Assembly (NCBI GenBank): GCA_038153405.1
Contig: JAYOYH010000058.1
Span: 1-27,311 of the forward strand
Length of the DNA: 27,311 nt
Direction: 5' to 3'
Source of the DNA: Gemmatimonadota bacterium
GTDB lineage: Bacteria > Latescibacterota > UBA2968 > UBA8231
Position numbers and translations under genes: made by a program. Shown piece after piece: positions 8,950-17,188 of the stretch (within the stretch, counting starts at the first letter, position 1; the number at the start of each line of letters is the position of its first letter). The notes beneath the pieces are model-generated. The model had not been told where the DNA came from. It made no database searches and saw only the letters and a program-made list of their open reading frames with translations.

Positions 8950-10563
8950 ATGAGACGTCTTATTCATAATTTTACGCTCAACCCCAAAAATGATATTCTA
9001 TCAGGCATGACCGTTGCGTTAGCGCTCGTGCCGGAAGCGGTCGCCTTTTCCTTTGTTGCCGGTATTGATCCCTTAGTGGGGCTATACGGTGCGTTTATGA
9101 TGGGGTTCATTACGGCGCTTATCGGCGGTCGACCGGGTATGATTTCCGGTGCGACAGGTGCTATGGCGGTCGTGATGGTCCACCTGATTCAACAGGGCAA
9201 CCTATATGGACTGACATTGGATACCCCCATAGAAAATCTGGGCGTACAGTGGCTGTTTATTACCCTGCTCTTGGTGGGTATCCTTCAGGTAGCTGCCGGT
9301 GTTTTTCGGTTGGGGAAGTTCGTTAGGCTCGTACCTCATCCCGTCATGATGGGATTCGTTAATGGGTTGGCCATTGTCATATTTCTATCACAGCTGGAAC
9401 TTTTTAAAGAGCGAATCAATGGCAGTATGCAGTGGCTAGCTGTCGGCGAGCTATCCATCATGCTCGGACTCGTCGCCTTAACGATGGGCATTATGCACAT
9501 TCTTCCGAAACTGACAAAGAAAATCCCCGCGGCATTGACGGCCATTGTCATCGTCAGCGGCCTCGTCATACTCGCTGATATGGATGTGAAAACGGTGGGG
9601 TCGTTTATACGAGAAGGGGGTGGTGAAGGGCTCAAGGGATCTCTACCTAGTTTTCAAATTCAGATATTTAGTCTGTTCCACACCGTAGAAGGTCATTGGG
9701 GATTGATCGTTTCCACGGCATGCTTACTGGCTGCTGTGGGTCTAATAGAATCTTTGATGACGCTAAACTTAGTTGATGATATAACCGAAACGCGTGGCAG
9801 CGGTAACAAAGAGTGCATTGCCCAAGGAGTGGCAAATACTGTAAATGGATTGTTTGGCGGTATGGGCGGATGCGCCATGATTGGCCAATCCATAATTAAT
9901 GTCAATTCGGGCGGACGGGGTCGGTTATCTGGTATAGCGGCGGCTCTTGGCTTGTTGACGTTCGTCTTATTTGCAGCTGCATTAATTGAGAAAATACCGC
10001 TGGCGTCCCTTGTTGGGGTTATGTTCATGGTTGTAATCGGCACGTTTGCCTGGAGCAGCTTTAGGATTGTTAACAAAGTACCAACTTCTGATTACTTTGT
10101 GTTGTTTGTCGTGACGGCCGTTACCGTCTGGCAGGACCTAGCCGTTGCAGTTATTACCGGGGTCATTATATCGGCGTTGGTTTTTGCTTGGAAAAATGCA
10201 ACCATGATCCGTGCCCGTAAACGGATTAAAGAAGATGGAACAAAGGTCTACGAGATATGGGGACCGCTCTTTTTTGGAGCCGTCCAGACGTTTAATTCAA
10301 AATTTGATGTCAGGAGCGATCCCGACAAAGTTGAGATTGATTTTGTTGAATCAAAGGTGAGTGATCACTCGGGCATTGAGGCAATAATCAACCTAGTGTC
10401 CAAGTATAAACACGTAGGTAAATCGATTAAATTGAAACATCTGAGCCCCGAATGTAAGATGCTTTTGCTCAAGGCAAATGCAAGCTTACAGGCGAACATT
10501 GAAACCTCTATTGATGATCCCAGATATCACGTGGTAACCGATAGTATGGACCGTGAGGTATAA
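8950..10563 (+). CDS. sulP: SulP/SLC26 family inorganic anion transporter with C-terminal STAS domain
   Basis: DILSGMTVALALVPEAVAF, GRPGMISGATGA, GGMGGCAMIGQS and STAS GPLFFG...DHSG. Many hydrophobic segments. GC is lower than in the flanking genes. Confidence 0.95.
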   Translation: MRRLIHNFTLNPKNDILSGMTVALALVPEAVAFSFVAGIDPLVGLYGAFMMGFITALIGGRPGMISGATGAMAVVMVHLIQQGNLYGLTLDTPIENLGVQWLFITLLLVGILQVAAGVFRLGKFVRLVPHPVMMGFVNGLAIVIFLSQLELFKERINGSMQWLAVGELSIMLGLVALTMGIMHILPKLTKKIPAALTAIVIVSGLVILADMDVKTVGSFIREGGGEGLKGSLPSFQIQIFSLFHTVEGHWGLIVSTACLLAAVGLIESLMTLNLVDDITETRGSGNKECIAQGVANTVNGLFGGMGGCAMIGQSIINVNSGGRGRLSGIAAALGLLTFVLFAAALIEKIPLASLVGVMFMVVIGTFAWSSFRIVNKVPTSDYFVLFVVTAVTVWQDLAVAVITGVIISALVFAWKNATMIRARKRIKEDGTKVYEIWGPLFFGAVQTFNSKFDVRSDPDKVEIDFVESKVSDHSGIEAIINLVSKYKHVGKSIKLKHLSPECKMLLLKANASLQANIETSIDDPRYHVVTDSMDREV

Positions 10564-10715
10564 CAGAACTATTGGTTGTCTACTGGACTAGCTGCTCGTG
10601 CTAATTCGTGCTCAACGCAGCGCGCTTGTCCGTATAGTAGACCCGCTGTGTATAGTGGCGAAAGTATTTTTTCGGTTTTCATGTGAGTCCTATTTCGAAT
10701 GGAGAAACTATTTCA

Positions 10716-11864
10716 ATGCATAACTCAGAAGAGAAAAATACAGAATCGGTCGGAGAGGCGGGTCGAATTCAGGGCTTTGAGCAGGACGAAACCGATCGGC
10801 AAGCGGCCCTGCGCTGGGAGCCCGTTTCCGATCGCAAGATCCGCGTGGGTATTGCCGGATATGGCGTCTGTGGATTTGGCGCGGCGTTCCACTTTCAAGA
10901 CCATCCCAATGTGCGCGTTGACGCAGTGGCCGATATCCATCCCGACAAATGCGCAGAGCTCGCTCGGCTGTGTCGATGTGAGACGACCTACGCATCGTGC
11001 GAGGAGTTAATTGCCGACGATGCGCTTGAAGCGATCTTTATTGCGACCGACGCGCCGAGCCATGCCCGGTTGGCCATTGCTGCGCTCAATGCCGGCAAGC
11101 ACGTTGCCTCGGCCGTCCCGGCCGTCTTTGGCTCGTTGGAAGATGCCGATGCGCTCTTTGCCGCAGCGCAGCGCAGCGAGGGTAAGTATATGATGTTCGA
11201 AACGTCTTATTTCCATCGCGATCTCTACTGCATGCGCCAGATGTATCGGCAGGGCGACCTGGGCAAGGTGGTCTACTCCGAGGGCGAGTACTGGCACTAC
11301 TTTGGCACGCCGCTGTCCGCGCACGGGGGCTGGCGCACGGGACTGCCGCCGCAGTGGTATCCGACGCATTCGAATGCCTACTACATGGGCGTGACCGGCG
11401 GTAGCTTTACCGAAGTATCGTGCATGGGAATGCCGAGCGCGATTGAACACCTGCAGCCGCAGAACAATGTGTACAACAATCCATTTGGCACGGAGGTCGC
11501 GCTCTTTCGCACCAGCGAGGGGGGCATGTCGCGGATGGCGGTAAGCTGGGACACGCCGGGCGAGGGGGGAGAGCGCGGGCGCATTCGCACGGAGCGGGGA
11601 ACGTTTTATGGCGCGTTTAAAGGCATTGGCGAAGACCTATTGCCGGACATAACGCGCCCGCCCTTGCCGCCTGGCGTCGATGCGGGCGGCCATGGTGGTT
11701 CGCACGGCTACCTGATGAACGAGTTTGTCGAAGCAATTCTGCTAGATCGCACACCGCTTATTGACGTTGCGCAGTCGCTCAATATGACCGTCAGCGGTAT
11801 CGTCGCACACGAGTCAGCGCTAAAGGACGGCGAGCTACTGAAGATTCCACAGTACGTGCTCTGA
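10716..11864 (+). CDS. Gfo/Idh/MocA family NAD(P)-dependent oxidoreductase
   Basis: Rossmann motif KIRVGIAGYG, IATDAPSHA, GKHVASAVP, EGEYWH, YPTH and GHGGSH. ATG at 10716 with GGAG upstream; an alternative GTG is at 10683. Confidence 0.9.
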   Translation: MHNSEEKNTESVGEAGRIQGFEQDETDRQAALRWEPVSDRKIRVGIAGYGVCGFGAAFHFQDHPNVRVDAVADIHPDKCAELARLCRCETTYASCEELIADDALEAIFIATDAPSHARLAIAALNAGKHVASAVPAVFGSLEDADALFAAAQRSEGKYMMFETSYFHRDLYCMRQMYRQGDLGKVVYSEGEYWHYFGTPLSAHGGWRTGLPPQWYPTHSNAYYMGVTGGSFTEVSCMGMPSAIEHLQPQNNVYNNPFGTEVALFRTSEGGMSRMAVSWDTPGEGGERGRIRTERGTFYGAFKGIGEDLLPDITRPPLPPGVDAGGHGGSHGYLMNEFVEAILLDRTPLIDVAQSLNMTVSGIVAHESALKDGELLKIPQYVL

Positions 11865-11891
11865 GAGGGCACGGCCGTAGAGTGGGTTACC

Positions 11892-13685
11892 TTAGACGGC
11901 TTTTCGTCTGCGCGGAAACAGAAAACTCCCGAGGAGCCCGCTCAGGATATTGACGCAGAGGGCTGCTGGAGCGATCCATTGAAAGCTGATGGGATCCGGC
12001 ACGCTAAAGACGATTTGTCCGGTTGCCGGATCGGTTGAACGGGTGAGCTCGGCGCCGAACAGAGCCGGGTCGAGCCCCCACAAAGTGTGCAGCTCCGTTA
12101 GAATGGGACCGGAAAAAGCGATGGCAATGGCCGTTGTCGTTCCGCAGAGCGCCCCGATCCAAACGCCCGTTGGGCTGGCCTTGGGCACGAATAGCGCGAA
12201 GAAGAACAGGCAGAAAATAGGCGTCGTCAGCAAGTTGGATGTCTTGGTAGTCACGGCGGTGATATTCCCCGGCACGCCGCCCATCTGCGAACTGGCTAGG
12301 ACGACGATGGCGCCGATTGCAAGCGCCAAGATGCGGACCATCAGAACGTGCTGTCGCTCTGAAGTCGGCCCTATTCCAAAGCGATCGAGCACGTCGCGCG
12401 TAACGACGGCGGTGATCGAATTCACCCCCGAATCGATGCTCGACATCGCCGCGGCAAACATCGCCGAAACGACCAGTCCCGAAATCCCTGTTGGCAGATG
12501 GAACGCAATAAAGTGCGGGAAGATTTGGTCGGCGTTTTCCTTTAACGACAGCCCGTCGGGCAGGCGGTCGGGATGGGCCGTGAAGTAACCCAGCAGCGCG
12601 AAACCAACGAGCCCCAAGGTGAGTGCCACGACGACCGAAACGGCCAACTGGGTCGCCAGCGCTCTGCGCGCGGCCGGCGCATCTTCTGTGGCCATAAACC
12701 GCTGCACGGAGGTCTGATCGCCGCCCGAAGTACACACGTACCAGACCACGTAGTTTAGCAGCGTGCCGACTACGGTCACGCGCACGGACAGATCCCAGCT
12801 GAAAAAGGGCTGCGTATCCCAGGTGGGGTTCCACGCCGTCGGCACCCAGTCGAGGCTGCCCAATTCACTGGTGATGGTGCCCAGCACCAGCAGCGCACCG
12901 CCATACAGCAGTACGGTCTGCATAAGGTCGGTGATGATGACCGCGCGCAGTCCGCCTAGCGACGTGTAGATGACGGCGATGAAACCCGTAGCTAATGCAA
13001 TTATTGGGATCTGATCTTGGCCGACCCCGAGCATGATGGTGAGTGCCTTGGCTGTCAGGTAGATCAGCAGGGACATCCAGACTAGGCGCAGCAGGATGAA
13101 CATCGCCGCGCCGAGCAGGCGAATGCTGAGTCCCAGCCGATCTTCTAATAGTTCGTAGGCGCTGGTTACGCGTCGCCGCATATAGACGGGCAATAGCACG
13201 AAGCCGACGATAGCAAATACGGCGGGTAGTGCGAGCATGCTAACCATATTGACCGGGCCTTTGCCCAGCGCTTCACCCGGCATTGACATATATGAGATGG
13301 TGCTCAGCAGAGTGGCAAATAGAGAGACTCCGACCAGCAGCGGATTCATCGCACCGGAACCCACGAAGTACTCCTCGGCCGAGCGCTGACGGCGACTGTA
13401 CCACCAGCCCAGCGCCAGCGTTGCCGCGAGGTATAGTCCGATGATTGCCCAGTCGACCACGGCGAGACCGCCGGGTGCGCTGTCCCGTGCGACGGCCGGG
13501 TCGATGGCCAGCGCGCAGGTTGGCAACACCAACAGCCCGCCTACCCATGCGCGTTGTCCCGTGCGAGTAGAGCTAGGGCGCCGAGGTTGGGCGACTGCAC
13601 CGCAGCGGTGCGCCAGGCATTGGGTTCTCTTGTCCGCCGCGCTGCTACTCCAAGTGTGGGGCGAGACCGAAGCGGAGCGTTGCAT
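11892..13685 (-). CDS. Sodium:solute symporter (SSS) family transporter
   Basis: DWAIIGLY, EEYFVG, SLFATLLSTIS, SAYELLEDRLG, YTSLGGLRAVIITD, DQTSVQR and AAAMSSIDS. The start is uncertain because the first ~60 aa look unconserved. Confidence 0.9.
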   Translation of the reverse strand: MQRSASVSPHTWSSSAADKRTQCLAHRCGAVAQPRRPSSTRTGQRAWVGGLLVLPTCALAIDPAVARDSAPGGLAVVDWAIIGLYLAATLALGWWYSRRQRSAEEYFVGSGAMNPLLVGVSLFATLLSTISYMSMPGEALGKGPVNMVSMLALPAVFAIVGFVLLPVYMRRRVTSAYELLEDRLGLSIRLLGAAMFILLRLVWMSLLIYLTAKALTIMLGVGQDQIPIIALATGFIAVIYTSLGGLRAVIITDLMQTVLLYGGALLVLGTITSELGSLDWVPTAWNPTWDTQPFFSWDLSVRVTVVGTLLNYVVWYVCTSGGDQTSVQRFMATEDAPAARRALATQLAVSVVVALTLGLVGFALLGYFTAHPDRLPDGLSLKENADQIFPHFIAFHLPTGISGLVVSAMFAAAMSSIDSGVNSITAVVTRDVLDRFGIGPTSERQHVLMVRILALAIGAIVVLASSQMGGVPGNITAVTTKTSNLLTTPIFCLFFFALFVPKASPTGVWIGALCGTTTAIAIAFSGPILTELHTLWGLDPALFGAELTRSTDPATGQIVFSVPDPISFQWIAPAALCVNILSGLLGSFLFPRRRKAV

Positions 13686-13717
13686 TTTCTGCGCTTTCTT
13701 GATGGAAGCGGAGCGTT
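13669..13717. repeat. 13-bp direct repeat (two copies)
   Basis: GAAGCGGAGCGTT at 13669-13681 and 13705-13717, separated by 23 bp. Confidence 0.8.
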
Positions 13718-13837
13718 AGGTTATCCAACGTAACATGACGAAGCTAGCGCTGGCGTCCGACGTTCTATATTCACCCACAGCGGTGGGCACTGAAGGTGCC
13801 AGTCCTTGCGCCGCATTCTGAAGAGAGGAAGTAGACC

Positions 13838-14293
13838 GTGAAAATATGGGTCGATGCGGATGCCTGCCCCGTAGTAATTAAAGAAATTTTGTTTCGTGCC
13901 GCCGAACGCACCGGTGTTGCACTGACGCTGGTGGCCAACCAGTATCTGCGCGTGCCCACATCCGAACATATCTCGGTTCTGGTGGTGGGATCTGGATTGG
14001 ACGCGGCCGATGAAGAGATTGCAAAACAGGTAGAACGGGGAGATTTAGTGGTGACCAGCGATATACCGCTGGCAGCGGAAGTGATTGGCAAAGAGGGCCA
14101 TGCCCTCAGCCCGCGCGGTGAATTGTTCTCGACGGAAAATATCGGCGCCATCCTCAATATGCGGGATTTTATGCATACGCTGCGAGCCAGCGACGTCGAG
14201 ACGAGCGGCCCACCGCCGCTGAGTCAGAGCGACCGCAACGCGTTTGCCAACCATTTGAATCGCTTGCTAACCCAGTTTCAGCAGGGCACCTAG
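13838..14293 (+). CDS. yaiI: YaiI/YqxD family protein (UPF0178/DUF188)
   Basis: [35 protein letters not shown] and GPPP motifs. GAGG SD before the GTG. Confidence 0.95.
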   Translation: MKIWVDADACPVVIKEILFRAAERTGVALTLVANQYLRVPTSEHISVLVVGSGLDAADEEIAKQVERGDLVVTSDIPLAAEVIGKEGHALSPRGELFSTENIGAILNMRDFMHTLRASDVETSGPPPLSQSDRNAFANHLNRLLTQFQQGT

Positions 14294-15411
14294 AGCGAGC
14301 GAGCCTCACCTTCGGCGGCCAGATCGATTTCGGCCACAAAGATATCGGCGGGTCCGGACTTGAAGTACGACAGTTCGTGCGGGTAGTCCGGCGGCGGCGC
14401 TTCTCGCCGCAGAGCGGCCCATCGCTCAATGTGGTGCAGGCGCTGTTTTTCGGCTTCGATGACGCCGCTCAGATAGGCGTGCTGCGAGTAGTAGCTGACG
14501 ATCAGCCGATCCTCCTCTAACGACAGCAGCCCCGGGTAGGCTGCATCGCCGTCGCTCGGCAGCGCATAGATCGGCGTCACGCCGGTCTCGTCGAGTCGAA
14601 AAATACCGGTGTTGCCAGCGGGCCCATGCTGTGGAACCCAAGGGGCCGTGGGGTCGCGGCGACCGGCCACATAGACCTCAGCCCCCGACGCGCACAGGAC
14701 CGGACAGTGGATCAGGGTCTCGAGGTCGATACAGGACCACGTAGTGTAGGGAGGGCGTGCTATATAGAGCAGTGCGTGCTGGCTGGGTTCGCGCTTGGTC
14801 CGCGAGACGCACCACAGCTCGCCGTCGGGCCGGAAGATAATATCCGCTTCGTTAAAGCGCGGCGTGGTGCGGTGGTCCACCGCGCGGATATCCTGCAGCT
14901 GCTGGGAGCTTTTCTCCTCGTCATCGGCTATTCTGGATACGGCGTGCCAGTCGCGCCCATTCGGGCTGGACAGCAGTTCGCCCCCTTTTTCGGCGCAGTA
15001 GAAGGTCCCGTCGTGCACCCGCACGCGCCACAGCCAGTAGTTTCTATCGCCAACCTGCGCTGGCGCCGACCAGCGGTAGCCGTCGCTCGAAACGGAGACA
15101 TAGGTGTGGGCCACCTGCCGCACTTTTCCATCGATGGTTTCGTAGTGACTGTCGGCGCAAAATACAAAGAGCTCGTCGTCCGTGGCCGCTAGCTTGGTGT
15201 CTCTGGCGTCGTTGGGCGTTTTAAATACGGCGACTTCGTCCCAGCGCCTCAGGTCGGCCGATCGCATGAGGACGACGATGCCGTCTGGAGCCGAGTGGGC
15301 CGATGTGCGATCGTATACCAGCCAGAACGCGTCGTTCCAAAAGCAGATGTCGGAACACATATTGTGCCAGCCGTCTCGGACGACGGTGTGCTGGGATATA
15401 ATCTGAGCCAT
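14290..15411 (-). CDS. Asp-box/BNR (sialidase-like) beta-propeller protein, no signal peptide
   Basis: DARDTKL, SSDGYRW, YWLWR, SPNGRDW, NEA and [11 protein letters not shown]...SYYS. Start moved to ATG at 15411 (MAQIISQH), with a CAGGG SD-like sequence. Confidence 0.75.
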   Translation of the reverse strand: MAQIISQHTVVRDGWHNMCSDICFWNDAFWLVYDRTSAHSAPDGIVVLMRSADLRRWDEVAVFKTPNDARDTKLAATDDELFVFCADSHYETIDGKVRQVAHTYVSVSSDGYRWSAPAQVGDRNYWLWRVRVHDGTFYCAEKGGELLSSPNGRDWHAVSRIADDEEKSSQQLQDIRAVDHRTTPRFNEADIIFRPDGELWCVSRTKREPSQHALLYIARPPYTTWSCIDLETLIHCPVLCASGAEVYVAGRRDPTAPWVPQHGPAGNTGIFRLDETGVTPIYALPSDGDAAYPGLLSLEEDRLIVSYYSQHAYLSGVIEAEKQRLHHIERWAALRREAPPPDYPHELSYFKSGPADIFVAEIDLAAEGEARSL

Positions 15412-15721
15412 GGGAACACGCCCTGTTGAGGGTGAACGTAGATGCCGGTATGTGAACAGTTGCCCGCAGGGGTCTGCATACCAATGTATGCGAATTCGGG
15501 CGATCGAAAAAATGCTCGCTTCGCTCTTCTCGATGGGCATGCTTGCCAGGGTGAACTTTTCGGCCTACCGTAACGCACCAATTAAAACGATTGAGTTGTT
15601 TAATGTAGCGCGCTCGATCGAGGGGTATAGCGCCTTGCTCAACGCACTGCGCGCGTCCGGGGTTGAAGTCTATAGCCGCTGCGAAAGTAGCGTTTACTGT
15701 TAAACGGAAAGGGGCCAGACA

Positions 15722-17188
15722 ATGGCCAAGAAAGAACGTTCGCGGCAAAAGAATAAGAGCCCAAAGGTCGCGCGCGCTGCAGGCCGTGTTCCGGCAGATA
15801 TAATCGAGCTGGGGTCTCGGCGAGAATTGTTCGTCGATGACTATCTGATCGAGCGAATGGACGGCATCGAACTGCGCCTGCACGAGCCCGTGCCGCGCAA
15901 CGTAGCGATTGATCACGACGCGCCGTGGGAGGGCAATACCAGCGGCTACCACGCGATTTTTAAGGACGGCCGGCTGTTTCGCGCCTATTACCGCGGATCG
16001 CACTACGAGGCACACGGTGCCTACAAGCCGGTTGTGTGCTATGCCGAAAGCCGCGACGGCATCGAGTGGTACCGGCCAGAGCTGGGCTTGGTCAGCTTCA
16101 AAGGGTCGACGCGCAACAATATCGTTTGGGACGGCCCCGGCGCGCTCAACTTCACGCCGTTCCGCGACCGCAACCCAGCCTGTCGGGCGGGAGAGGAATA
16201 CAAGGCGCTGGGCAGTCCGCACGCCAGCAGCCGTGAAGAGCAGGCCCTGCTGGCCTTTAAGTCTTCCGACGGCATTCACTGGAGTCTGCTGTCGAACAAA
16301 CCGGTGATGGACCACACCACGGGCATCAACCTGTTTGACTCACAGAACGTGGCCTTTTACGATCCGCAGCGCGGCTGCTACGTCGAGTACCACCGCGATT
16401 CGATCTACCCGGACGGAGTGCGCTACCGCCAAATTATGACCTGCACCTCAAAGGACTTTCGTTGCTGGACGGAACAGCAGCTGCTCGACTACGGCGATGC
16501 GCCGCTCGAGCACCTCTATACCAACGCAGTGACGCCCTACTACCGCGCACCGCATATCTACATAGGTTTTCCCAAGCGCTTTGTGCCGGGTCGCCGCCGC
16601 TCCGGTCACCGGCCCCCCGGCGTGTCGGACACCGTGTTTATGACTAGCCGCGACGGGTTGCACTTCAAGCGCTGGGGCGAGGCCTTTGTGCGGCCCGGCC
16701 TGCAGCCGGAGCGCTGGGAGACGCGCAACAATATGACGGCTTGGGGTATGCTTGAGACGGCCAACTACCTGCCAACGGCGCCCAAGGAGCTATCGATCTT
16801 TGTCAGCGAGGGGTACTATGGCAGCGAAAACGTCCGGCTGCGGCGCTTCACGCTGCGCATGGATGGCTTTGTTTCGGCCAAGGCGCCATTGAGAGGAGGT
16901 AGACTGGTCACGCGGCCCTTCACCTTTGAAGGCGGTGCGCTGAGCCTCAATGTCAGCACCTCGGCGGCCGGATCGGTGCGCGTAGAAGTCCAAGAGGGCG
17001 ACGGCCGGACCATTGCGGGATATGCTCTGAGCGACTGCGACGAGATCTACGGCGACGACCTAGAGCGCATGGTCACTTGGAAGGGGCGCGCCGACGTCGA
17101 GCCGCTGGCCGGTCGTCCGGTGCGCTTGTGCTTTGCGCTGAGCGACGCCGACCTATACAGCCTGCAGTTTACGCCGCTACCCCGCTAA
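15722..17188 (+). CDS. Putative glycosidase-like beta-propeller protein (GH32/43/130-like architecture) with C-terminal beta-domain
   Basis: ELFVDDYLI, repeated S-x-D-G-x-x-W boxes (ESRDGIEW, SSDGIHW, TSKDFRCW, TSRDGLHF), FDSQN, LRMDGFVS and ADLYSLQF. AAGGGG SD. No hydrophobic signal peptide. Confidence 0.75.
   Translation: MAKKERSRQKNKSPKVARAAGRVPADIIELGSRRELFVDDYLIERMDGIELRLHEPVPRNVAIDHDAPWEGNTSGYHAIFKDGRLFRAYYRGSHYEAHGAYKPVVCYAESRDGIEWYRPELGLVSFKGSTRNNIVWDGPGALNFTPFRDRNPACRAGEEYKALGSPHASSREEQALLAFKSSDGIHWSLLSNKPVMDHTTGINLFDSQNVAFYDPQRGCYVEYHRDSIYPDGVRYRQIMTCTSKDFRCWTEQQLLDYGDAPLEHLYTNAVTPYYRAPHIYIGFPKRFVPGRRRSGHRPPGVSDTVFMTSRDGLHFKRWGEAFVRPGLQPERWETRNNMTAWGMLETANYLPTAPKELSIFVSEGYYGSENVRLRRFTLRMDGFVSAKAPLRGGRLVTRPFTFEGGALSLNVSTSAAGSVRVEVQEGDGRTIAGYALSDCDEIYGDDLERMVTWKGRADVEPLAGRPVRLCFALSDADLYSLQFTPLPR

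Noticed and set aside
13669..13717. Direct repeat as a mini-CRISPR array
   Set aside because: Only two 13-bp copies, too short, and no cas genes.
13774..13800. GGCAC-TGAAG-GTGCC hairpin reminiscent of part of a glycine riboswitch
   Set aside because: The other conserved aptamer elements are absent and the leader is too short.
15410..15703. 97-aa plus-strand ORF in the divergent spacer
   Set aside because: No clear SD or motif, and it fills the region needed for two promoters. It cannot be fully excluded.
15221..16315. 364-aa minus-strand ORF and the many other Arg/Ala/Pro-rich overlapping ORFs
   Set aside because: Shadow ORFs of well-supported genes in high-GC DNA, with no recognisable motifs.
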